This document shows positions 1 through 7,701 of a stretch of 64,000 nt of DNA, piece after piece. Position 1 is the first letter of the stretch; every line of letters starts with the position of its first letter. This DNA comes from a virus. The translations under genes were made by a program, and so were the position numbers. The notes below the pieces were generated by a model that worked only from the letters and a program-made list of their open reading frames with translations, made no database searches and was not told the DNA's origin. The DNA is taken from positions 64,001 through 128,000 of the IMG/VR virus record IMGVR_UViG_3300025168_000032. One strand, given 5' to 3'.

Positions 1-1
1 A

Positions 2-208
2 AAAAGGGTTGACGGTAAGTGTCGCTCATTCGGACAAAAAGGGCAAGCCAAAGGCGGGGGAGATAGAATCAGACCCGGCACAAAGAAGGGTGATGCCTAC
101 TGTGCGAGATCCGCAAAAATTAAAAAATGTAAAAACCCACCTTGTGCCAATACCCTGTCCAGAAAGAAATGGAAGTGCCGTGGTTCTAAATCAGTAGCTG
201 AGGAATAA
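2..208 (+). CDS. 3' end of a basic Cys/Lys-rich hypothetical protein (5'-truncated; not in ORF track)
   Basis: Frame 2 is open from base 2 to TAA 206-208: KRVDGKCRSFGQKG...GDAYCARSAKIKKCKNPPCANTLSRKKWKCRGSKSVAEE. It abuts the ATG at 212. Confidence 0.65.
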   Translation, partial: KRVDGKCRSFGQKGQAKGGGDRIRPGTKKGDAYCARSAKIKKCKNPPCANTLSRKKWKCRGSKSVAEE

Positions 209-211
209 AAC

Positions 212-631
212 ATGATAAGAGTTAAAATCATAAAAGCAATAAAAAAGATATTATGCCCGGAAGCAACCCAAGATCTTGAGTTGAATACTAAAAACAGAGA
301 CGCAGCAATCAAAGCCGAGCACATACAGTACGGTCCTCTTAACGTTGACCAGCCCGGCAGCTACTGGAAAGAGATCGCGGATTATTGGAATACTGAAGAA
401 GAAGCAGCAAAAAAGTCTCTTTGTGGCAACTGTGTCGCTTTCGACATCAGCCCAAGAATGGACAAGTGTATGCCCGGCCCTGTATCAGATGACGACGGTA
501 GGCTGGGGTATTGTTGGATGCACCATTTCAAGTGCCATAGTGCTCGTGCTTGTAGAACGTGGGCGAAAGGCGGCCCAATCGCAAAAGACGAGATATCGCA
601 TGAGTGGCAAGAGAAGAACAAAGGAAACTAA
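212..631 (+). CDS. Cys-rich hypothetical protein, possible HiPIP-like Fe-S/metal-binding C-terminal domain
   Basis: CGNC...GYC...KC...ACRTW pattern; GAGGA upstream. Confidence 0.65.
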   Translation: MIRVKIIKAIKKILCPEATQDLELNTKNRDAAIKAEHIQYGPLNVDQPGSYWKEIADYWNTEEEAAKKSLCGNCVAFDISPRMDKCMPGPVSDDDGRLGYCWMHHFKCHSARACRTWAKGGPIAKDEISHEWQEKNKGN

Positions 632-633
632 AA

Positions 634-1236
634 ATGCTAACGGCAATGGGCGATGTGATGAGAACAGCGTATGAGAAGGGCTGGATAACCACGAGAGATG
701 GCAACATCTCTCTTTGTCGTCATGGGAAAGACACCATGTACATTACACCATCAGGTTGGCGCAAAACGATTATACACCCAGAACACATGTTAAAGGTGGC
801 GTTCGACAACACTGACCACTATGTTCTTGGAGAAAACAACTCTAAACCTTCCGGTGAATTGGAGATGCATTTGATGCTACAGAGAAGTTACAAAGCTACA
901 AGGGCGGTTGTACATCTTCACCCAACAAATATCATTGCAGCAATGTATGCCGGCTGGGATCTTCAAATACTAGCAGCAGAGTTTCCTGAAGTCAGCAGGT
1001 ATACGAGGGTGGGTCCCTCAGTTCCTGTTTTGCCTGTAACGAGTTCCGAATTGGCTTTTGCAACGTATGGTGCCATGACTAAGGACCGCAAAATTATCTA
1101 TGATATTGTTGGACAAGCCGCTCACGGTGTGTGCTCAGTGGGAAAAAACCCATGGGATGCTTTTGAGCATATCGAGAGATTGGAGCATATTTGCGAGATC
1201 GCTCTTAGAAGCGGTGTTACCCCAAAGAGCAAATAA
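634..1236 (+). CDS. Class II aldolase/adducin family protein
   Basis: DGNIS, YITPSG, PSGELEMH, VVHLHP and AAHG motifs. ATG 634 chosen over 604, which would overlap the upstream gene. Confidence 0.85.
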   Translation: MLTAMGDVMRTAYEKGWITTRDGNISLCRHGKDTMYITPSGWRKTIIHPEHMLKVAFDNTDHYVLGENNSKPSGELEMHLMLQRSYKATRAVVHLHPTNIIAAMYAGWDLQILAAEFPEVSRYTRVGPSVPVLPVTSSELAFATYGAMTKDRKIIYDIVGQAAHGVCSVGKNPWDAFEHIERLEHICEIALRSGVTPKSK

Positions 1237-1241
1237 GTTAT

Positions 1242-1269
1242 TTGACAAGTTTAACAAACGTGTTATATT
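1242..1269 (+). promoter_or_regulatory. Sigma70-type promoter
   Basis: TTGACA 1242-1247, 16 nt spacer, TG-n extended -10 TATATT 1264-1269. Confidence 0.7.
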
Positions 1270-1291
1270 CCAAGAGTACATCGGAGGTACC

Positions 1292-1756
1292 ATGAATATT
1301 TTTGTTTTACATACAGATCCAAGTATTGCAGCCCAAATGCAATGTGATAAGCACGTTGTCAAAATGATCCTTGAGACAGCACAAATGCTTTGCACCATTG
1401 CACATGCTAATGACTTCACCGCCCCATACAAAGCCACACACAAAAAACATCCTTGTACGCTGTGGGCTGCTAAGTCCAAGCAAAATTGGGATTGGCTTGT
1501 TAAACATGGTATGGCACTATGCCACGAATACACTAAACGCTATGGCAAGATTCATAAATCACAGCAACATATTGAGTGGTGCGGCTCTCTTACCATCAAC
1601 CTTCCAAGCACAGGTCTGTTGCCCTTCGCGCAAGCAATGCCAGTAGAGTACAAAAATCCTTGTGCTGTGACTGCGTATCGTGCCTATTATCATGGCGAGA
1701 AGGCTCGCTTTGCAAAGTGGAAAACACAGCCACCAAATTGGTGGAGGCCCCAGTGA
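1292..1756 (+). CDS. denV: Pyrimidine dimer DNA glycosylase/endonuclease V family
   Basis: MNIF.L...CDKHVVKMILETAQML, THKKHPCTLW, EY..RYGK.H; GGAGGT RBS before ATG 1292. Confidence 0.8.
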   Translation: MNIFVLHTDPSIAAQMQCDKHVVKMILETAQMLCTIAHANDFTAPYKATHKKHPCTLWAAKSKQNWDWLVKHGMALCHEYTKRYGKIHKSQQHIEWCGSLTINLPSTGLLPFAQAMPVEYKNPCAVTAYRAYYHGEKARFAKWKTQPPNWWRPQ

Positions 1757-1938
1757 AAATTGGTGATCTGGTTAAAGGTAAATATTCAGGAAGAATAGGG
1801 ATTATAGTCTCAGATCCCATTAGGTTTATTAGAGAGAGCAAAATTATAAAATCGTTTGTAGCTGTACTATGGTCAGACGGTGATTATTCACAAAGCTACG
1901 AATCAGAATACTTGGAGGTAATAAATGAAAATCGGTGA
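1753..1938 (+). CDS. Small KOW/SH3-like protein, paralog 1 (61 aa)
   Basis: GTG start after GGAGG; MKIGDLVKG...VLWSDG...YLEVINENR. Confidence 0.65.
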   Translation: MKIGDLVKGKYSGRIGIIVSDPIRFIRESKIIKSFVAVLWSDGDYSQSYESEYLEVINENR

Positions 1939-2095
1939 TAGTGTTATAAGAAAGTGGAAACCTGCGTTAGGCGAAGGAAAGATAGTACATCTATTAGGTG
2001 AAACGATCGTTGTCAAATGGTTTTGTGATGATATGCCAAGACTAGAATTCGAAGAAAAGAAATACTTGAAGGTGATAAATGAAAGTCGGTGATAG
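1907..2095 (+). repeat. 35-nt direct repeat at mini-ORF junctions (1907-1941 and 2061-2095)
   Basis: aatacttggaggtaataaatgaaaatcggtgatag vs aatacttgaaggtgataaatgaaagtcggtgatag, 32/35 identical. Confidence 0.85.
1925..2092 (+). CDS. Small KOW/SH3-like protein, paralog 2 (55 aa; not in ORF track)
   Basis: Hand translation MKIGDSVIRKWKPALGEGKIVHLLGETIVVKWFCDDMPRLEFEEKKYLKVINESR; GGAGGT RBS. Confidence 0.7.
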   Translation: MKIGDSVIRKWKPALGEGKIVHLLGETIVVKWFCDDMPRLEFEEKKYLKVINESR

Positions 2096-2261
2096 AGTTA
2101 GAATGTCCCCTATGTGGAAATACGATGAAGCATTTGGAACCATAAAGCAAATAAAAAAAACCGGGCATGTTGTGGTGGTGTGGGATGATATCAACGGACA
2201 ATGGTATTACACAACCACACAAGCAGAAAGACTGGAGGTGATAGATGGAAGAAAAGATTAA
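2079..2261 (+). CDS. Small KOW/SH3-like protein, paralog 3 (60 aa)
   Basis: MKVGDRVRM...VVVWDD...RLEVID. Confidence 0.7.
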   Translation: MKVGDRVRMSPMWKYDEAFGTIKQIKKTGHVVVVWDDINGQWYYTTTQAERLEVIDGRKD

Positions 2262-3183
2262 AATAATGTCTGAAATCTTAGGAAGCCCAAGGCAAAGTAA
2301 TTCCGAATTTTTATATCATTGCCCGTATTGTAATCATCATAAGAAGAAGATGTCCCTGAATTATAAGAAGGGCTTTTTCAAATGTTGGATTTGTGATCGC
2401 ACTGGTAAAAGTATTTATCGTATCGTCCGCAAGTTCGGAACCTACCAACAAAGACAGAAGTGGCTTGAGCTTGAAGGCAGACTCGACCTATCAGAGTTTG
2501 ACCAAATCTTCAATGAAATCAACAACATAGAAGAAGAGCAGGTGATCTCCTTACCAGAGGAATTCATTTCGCTCTGCAACAAGCATCTGCCTCGGTCTTC
2601 GAAGAAAGCTCTCGATTACCTCAAAAGCAGAGATATCGGTAAGAAAGAGATTCTGCGATGGAAGATTGGCTACTGTCCCGAGGGTCGTTACGGGGGTCGC
2701 ACTATCATACCTTCCTTCAATAACAAAGGGGACATAAATTATTTTATCGCCAGATCTTACGTCGGCCACAAATGGAGGTACCTCAACCCTCCGGCAGAAA
2801 GGGACATAATTTTCAACGAATTATATGTAGACTGGGATGAACCGATAGTCTTAGTAGAAGGGGTTTTTGATGCTATTTCGGCCGGGGAAAACGCCATCCC
2901 TGTGTTGGGCTCTACTCTCCGAGACAAAGCAAAGCTATTCCAAGCAATCGCTCTCAACGACACCCCGGTTTATCTAGCTTTTGATCAAGATGTTGAAAAA
3001 AAGACTGGACAAATCATTAAAAATATGCTATACTATGATATTGAGTTATACAAGATTGATACGAGTGGCTTTGAGGACATTGCCGAAATGCCGCCACGGA
3101 TTTTTGCATCTCGAAAGCAAATGGCACAAGCGATTGACCATGATGATTATTTTTTGATGGATGAGCTTAGGAGGATAATGTGA
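2245..3183 (+). CDS. DNA primase (Zn finger + Toprim)
   Basis: CPYC...FKCWIC zinc finger; Toprim LVEGVFDA and FDQD. Confidence 0.85.
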   Translation: MEEKIKIMSEILGSPRQSNSEFLYHCPYCNHHKKKMSLNYKKGFFKCWICDRTGKSIYRIVRKFGTYQQRQKWLELEGRLDLSEFDQIFNEINNIEEEQVISLPEEFISLCNKHLPRSSKKALDYLKSRDIGKKEILRWKIGYCPEGRYGGRTIIPSFNNKGDINYFIARSYVGHKWRYLNPPAERDIIFNELYVDWDEPIVLVEGVFDAISAGENAIPVLGSTLRDKAKLFQAIALNDTPVYLAFDQDVEKKTGQIIKNMLYYDIELYKIDTSGFEDIAEMPPRIFASRKQMAQAIDHDDYFLMDELRRIM

Positions 3184-3392
3184 GAGAATTAGATTTACAT
3201 GGAGCGAATTATGAAGAAGTTGTCATCAAATGTCACCGGTTTATAAACGAGAACTGGGGCAAACGGATGACAATTGTAACAGGCAAGTCAGATGAGATGA
3301 AAAGACTTGTAGCGAAAATCATAGACACGTATAGGCTTGAATACCATATTGGTGGAGCATCAGGTACTGACGGTCGCATAACAATCCGATAG
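3180..3392 (+). CDS. Stand-alone Smr-domain protein
   Basis: ELDLHG and IVTGKS match the Smr pattern; AGGAGG RBS, GTG start. Confidence 0.7.
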   Translation: MRELDLHGANYEEVVIKCHRFINENWGKRMTIVTGKSDEMKRLVAKIIDTYRLEYHIGGASGTDGRITIR

Positions 3393-3400
3393 GAGGATAA

Positions 3401-6400
3401 ATGTTTAAAATTGCACATATGGCGGATATTCATATCCGGAACTTAAAATATCATGATGAATACAGGGCGGTCTTTGACAAAATGTATGAATCTCTACTCG
3501 AACAGCAAGTAGATTATATTACGGTCTGTGGCGATATCGCCCATACGAAGACCCAACTTAGCCCAGAGTATTTTCAACTCTGCACTGAATATTTGCTTGG
3601 TCTTGCTAATATAGCACCAACAATTGTTATTGCCGGCAACCATGATGGTAACCTTAAGAATGCAGACCGCCAAGATGCAATAACACCTATTGTTAACGCA
3701 CTTAAGCATCCGAACCTTCATTACTTAAAAGATTCTGGTGAGTTTAAACCAGCCGCTGGTATTATTTTCAACGTACTTTCGATTTTTGATCGAGATAATT
3801 GGGTCAAACCCTCAAGCTCAGATGATATCAACATCGCTTTATATCACGGTGCGATGGTTGGTAGTATGACTGGTGCGAATTGGGCGATGGACCACGGCGA
3901 CGATGACATAAGTATATTCCAAGATTTTGACTTTGCTATGCTTGGTGATATCCATCGGGAGCAAAAATTAGATCCTGAAGGGAGGGTTCGTTACTCTGGG
4001 AGTTTAGTGCAACAAAAGTTCAGCGAAAGTCCACTGAAAGGTTATTTGTTGTGGAACATAACCTCAAAAGACGACTTTGAGGTTAAAAAGGTACACCTAT
4101 CTAACCCAAGGCCTTTTATTACAATACGCCTAAATAAAGATGGGACTATTCCAAAAGAGGTACACGTTCCAAGAAATTGCCGCCTTCGTCTCGTCTCGTC
4201 TACCAACTTGCCGTCGGATAAACTCCGTAAAGCAAGAGCAATAGCAGAAGCAAATTGGAGACCTTTTTCTATTACTACATTAAATGGAAAAGAATCTTTT
4301 TCCTCAAACGATGGTACATATGCCAATGTAGTTCTTAAGGAAAACTTAAGAGATATTAGAGTTCAAGAAACATATATAAAAGACTATTTATCAGGGATGG
4401 AACTGGACAATTCGGTAATTGACAAAGTTCTAGATCACAATAAAAAGTACGATATTATAGCACAGAAAAACGAGGAGGTATCAAGAAATGTTGTTTGGAA
4501 AATCAAAGAAGTCGAGTGGGATAACTTGTTTAATTACGGAGAAAAAAATAAAATCAATTTTGAGAGACTCAACGGGCTTGTTGGTGTCTTCGGCCGTAAT
4601 TATTCCGGTAAGTCTAGTATTGTTGACAGCCTTTTATTCACGTTGTTTAATTCAACCTCGAAAGGCGAGCGAAAGAACGTACACATAATTAACCAAAACA
4701 AACAGAAAGCCAATGGCAAAATTCAAATTCAAATTGGGGAAAACACATACCAGATATGTCGTAATATAGAAAAATACACAAAACGACTAAAGGGTAAAGA
4801 AACGCAAGAGGCCAAGGTTGATTTGGACTTTTCTCTAATTTCCAGCAACGAGAGTTTGAACGGAACTACCCGAAATGAAACAGATGCCAATATCCGTAAG
4901 AGGTTTGGTACCATTGAAGATTTCCTCCTAACGTCAATGTCATCTCAACTTGACTCTCTCTCTTTTGTTAAAGAGGGCTCAACAAAGCGAAAAGAGATTC
5001 TTGCTAAGTTTCTTGATCTTGAGATTTTTGACAAAAAGTTTAAGATGGCCAAGAAAGATGCCGCAGAGATGCGTGGTGTCATGAAGAGAATGCAAGAGAA
5101 ACAATGGGACCGACAGATTGCCAAAAATCAAGAAATAATAAAAGAGATTGAAGAAGATCGACAAACCCAGAATAGTTTGTGTGATAAATTGTCAGAACAA
5201 TCCAACAATTTAAATGCTAGCTTTTTGGCGTTGACAAGCCAGATTGACAAAATCCCGGCAGAAATTATTGATATCAATAAAGTTAACCGCCTTATAATTC
5301 AAAAGAACAAGAACAAAGAGACTTTACTAGAAAATAATTTAGATATTTCTAGTAAAATAGAGCAAGCTAAAAAAGCAATAAAAAATTGCGAGACGATTAT
5401 CAAGAGCACAAACATAGAGGCTTTAAAGTATGCGAAAGCACAACAAGCAAGTATGGATTTGGAATTGAACAATGTTAAGGCTAAGGCCACCTCATTAACG
5501 AAAGAACGTAACAATTTGCAAAAGAAGATAAAGATGCTTCATAATCACAAATACGATCCGGACTGCGAATACTGCTCTGATAACAAATTTGTTAAAGATG
5601 CTAAAATTGCTGCAAAAAACCTTCCTGACCTTGAAGGGCGTATATCGCGCCTAGACACTGTGAGGGGCGATTTACTGAGCGAAATAGGCGATCTAGATAT
5701 ATCCTCGGTAGAAGATCAAATGGAGAAGTATAATGTTTTTATCTCCAAACATAGAGAGTCCAATAGGGTGGTCGAGACTCAAAGTCTGACCTTGGTTTCA
5801 AACAAAAATAAAATTAAATTGTTAATCAACGAAGTTTCAGCACTAGATGTAAAAGTTACAGAGTATGAAGATAATCGTGAGGCTATTGAAAATCTTGAAG
5901 CCCTGATAGAAGAAAAGCAGGGTCTAGTTGATTCTTTACAAAATAAAAAAGTTAGACTCAATAAGTGTAAGAAGAAACTTCAGGATCTCCTTGTAGAAGA
6001 GAGCGCTACCAAGCAGATACTCAAAACCCTGAAGGAAGGAAAGGCAGAGATGGAAGATGTGGAGAAGGACTGGACAGCATATGATTTGTTCATCCAGTGT
6101 ATGCACCCCAATGGTATTCCGTATGCAATTATCAAAAAGCGCCTTCCCCTCTTAAATGAGGAGATCAGTAAAATACTTGAAAATATTGTTGATTTCGAGG
6201 TGTTCTTTATTAACAGCGACAAGACATTGGACATTATGATTAAGCACCCGTCTTATGATCCTCGCCCCCTGTCTATGGGCTCCGGAGCAGAGAAAACTCT
6301 AGCCTCAATGGCTATAAGACTCGCACTGATATCTGTTACGAATTTGCCAAAGAGTGAACTATTTATTCTTGATGAACCAGCAACTGCTTTAGATCAAGAT

Positions 6401-6550
6401 CACATGGAAGGTTTTACAAATCTTTTAAGATTAATTAAAAATCAATTTAAGACTGTAATATTAATCTCGCATCTTGATTCTTTAAAAGACGTTGTTGATA
6501 CCACAATCGACATATCAAAGGTTGATGGTTACGCGAAAGTCAATACATAA
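3401..6550 (+). CDS. Fused Mre11/SbcD nuclease - Rad50/SbcC ATPase (gp47-gp46-like)
   Basis: N-terminal ADIH, GDIAH, GNHD, LGDIH; then Walker A GRNYSGKS, coiled coil with CEYC hook, signature LSMGSGAE, Walker B FILDEP, LISH. Confidence 0.92.
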   Translation: MFKIAHMADIHIRNLKYHDEYRAVFDKMYESLLEQQVDYITVCGDIAHTKTQLSPEYFQLCTEYLLGLANIAPTIVIAGNHDGNLKNADRQDAITPIVNALKHPNLHYLKDSGEFKPAAGIIFNVLSIFDRDNWVKPSSSDDINIALYHGAMVGSMTGANWAMDHGDDDISIFQDFDFAMLGDIHREQKLDPEGRVRYSGSLVQQKFSESPLKGYLLWNITSKDDFEVKKVHLSNPRPFITIRLNKDGTIPKEVHVPRNCRLRLVSSTNLPSDKLRKARAIAEANWRPFSITTLNGKESFSSNDGTYANVVLKENLRDIRVQETYIKDYLSGMELDNSVIDKVLDHNKKYDIIAQKNEEVSRNVVWKIKEVEWDNLFNYGEKNKINFERLNGLVGVFGRNYSGKSSIVDSLLFTLFNSTSKGERKNVHIINQNKQKANGKIQIQIGENTYQICRNIEKYTKRLKGKETQEAKVDLDFSLISSNESLNGTTRNETDANIRKRFGTIEDFLLTSMSSQLDSLSFVKEGSTKRKEILAKFLDLEIFDKKFKMAKKDAAEMRGVMKRMQEKQWDRQIAKNQEIIKEIEEDRQTQNSLCDKLSEQSNNLNASFLALTSQIDKIPAEIIDINKVNRLIIQKNKNKETLLENNLDISSKIEQAKKAIKNCETIIKSTNIEALKYAKAQQASMDLELNNVKAKATSLTKERNNLQKKIKMLHNHKYDPDCEYCSDNKFVKDAKIAAKNLPDLEGRISRLDTVRGDLLSEIGDLDISSVEDQMEKYNVFISKHRESNRVVETQSLTLVSNKNKIKLLINEVSALDVKVTEYEDNREAIENLEALIEEKQGLVDSLQNKKVRLNKCKKKLQDLLVEESATKQILKTLKEGKAEMEDVEKDWTAYDLFIQCMHPNGIPYAIIKKRLPLLNEEISKILENIVDFEVFFINSDKTLDIMIKHPSYDPRPLSMGSGAEKTLASMAIRLALISVTNLPKSELFILDEPATALDQDHMEGFTNLLRLIKNQFKTVILISHLDSLKDVVDTTIDISKVDGYAKVNT

Positions 6551-6563
6551 AAGGAGAGTGCTG

Positions 6564-6980
6564 ATGAGGTTAACAAAAGAAATATTAACGCGAATTATTA
6601 AAGAAGAGCTAGAAGCTGTTCTCGATCAACAATCCCCGTTCGTTATCGAAGAGGGAAGATTCGAAGAAGATCCTAAATTTGCTGAAGATATGAAACTTCT
6701 TGGAAAAGACCTAGGGAGGCTTATACCAATGCTAAAAACTAGAGACCCGAAGGAGTCAGACAGGCTAAACCTACCCAGCTTGGGATTAGAGTTCAGAGGA
6801 GTTGCTGGTGGTGCAATGAGGCCTTGTGATTTTTCCAATCGGTTGCAAAGCATTTTTAATTCCTTTGGTATGATGCCCGGACAAGCACAGGCCGGTGTCA
6901 CGAATTGGCTTAAAAAATATCCGATGTGTGGAACTAATTTGCCACAATCTGAAGAAATACAAAGGGAGGTTAAGGAATAA
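6564..6980 (+). CDS. Hypothetical protein with N-terminal LTKEILTRIIKEEL motif (possible internal head protein)
   Basis: AGGAG RBS before ATG 6564; motif shared with 16477..16848. Confidence 0.65.
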   Translation: MRLTKEILTRIIKEELEAVLDQQSPFVIEEGRFEEDPKFAEDMKLLGKDLGRLIPMLKTRDPKESDRLNLPSLGLEFRGVAGGAMRPCDFSNRLQSIFNSFGMMPGQAQAGVTNWLKKYPMCGTNLPQSEEIQREVKE

Positions 6981-7297
6981 TGAGTGAACAAAATGATATT
7001 GAAAAAAAAGAATTATGCTGTGATGCAGATTGCTGCAAAGAAGATTGCCGCTGTAAAGAGGTCTGTTGTAATAAAGATTGCCAAGGCGACAATAAAGTCG
7101 AGAACAAATTGGGTTGGGCTGACAGGTTTATGGGAAAGTTTATGTCTCGTAAGCTTCTTGTGTTTTCAACAGCGACAGTATTACTATACCTTTCTGAGCT
7201 AGACGCTGAGACGTGGGGACTAATCGCAGTTATTTATGTCGGTGGCCAGTCGGTTATCGATGCAGTTAAGACATACAAGTATGGCGATAGGGCGTGA
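6980..7297 (+). CDS. Putative holin with Cys-rich N-terminal tail
   Basis: Two hydrophobic segments after KFMSRKLLVF; N-terminus contains CCDADCCKEDCRCKEVCCNKDC. Confidence 0.55.
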   Translation: MSEQNDIEKKELCCDADCCKEDCRCKEVCCNKDCQGDNKVENKLGWADRFMGKFMSRKLLVFSTATVLLYLSELDAETWGLIAVIYVGGQSVIDAVKTYKYGDRA

Positions 7298-7701
7298 TTT
7301 GGCTTACTCTTTTAAAGTATCTTAAGATTACAGCCGTCTTCTGTCGTCAACATTGGCGATGGCTTGTCGCTGTTGTGGCTTTTGTAATCGTTTATACACT
7401 TGGTAAGCAGAGCGCTAATGGCATAATGTTACAGGCCAACCTTGCAAGACAGCAGTATAAAAAAGAGAAAGAAGCGATTGAAAGAGCGCACGAGTTGGAA
7501 ATTAAAAAAAGAGAAGAAGCCGAAAGAAACTACAGCGAAGCAGTAAAGAAGATTGAAGAGAAATATGAAAAAGAAAAAGAGAGTATGACAAAAAGCAAGA
7601 AAGAACAAATTAAAAAATTAGTTAAAAAAGCAGAAAACGATCCAAACGAGATCGATAGAATTTTACAACAAGAATTAGGAATAACCATGGAGGGTAAATG
7701 A
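7294..7701 (+). CDS. Membrane-anchored coiled-coil protein (i-spanin-like)
   Basis: One TM helix (WLVAVVAFVIVYTLG) followed by an E/K-rich coiled coil; next to the holin candidate. Confidence 0.5.
   Translation: MIWLTLLKYLKITAVFCRQHWRWLVAVVAFVIVYTLGKQSANGIMLQANLARQQYKKEKEAIERAHELEIKKREEAERNYSEAVKKIEEKYEKEKESMTKSKKEQIKKLVKKAENDPNEIDRILQQELGITMEGK

Noticed and set aside
9-197. Track ORF of 62 aa in frame 3
   Set aside because: Frame 2 (2..208) is open from the window edge, gives a more coherent Cys/Lys-patterned protein and abuts the next gene.
4383-4390. ACTATTTA inside the Mre11-Rad50 gene
   Set aside because: Intragenic with no downstream start; expected by chance in AT-rich DNA.
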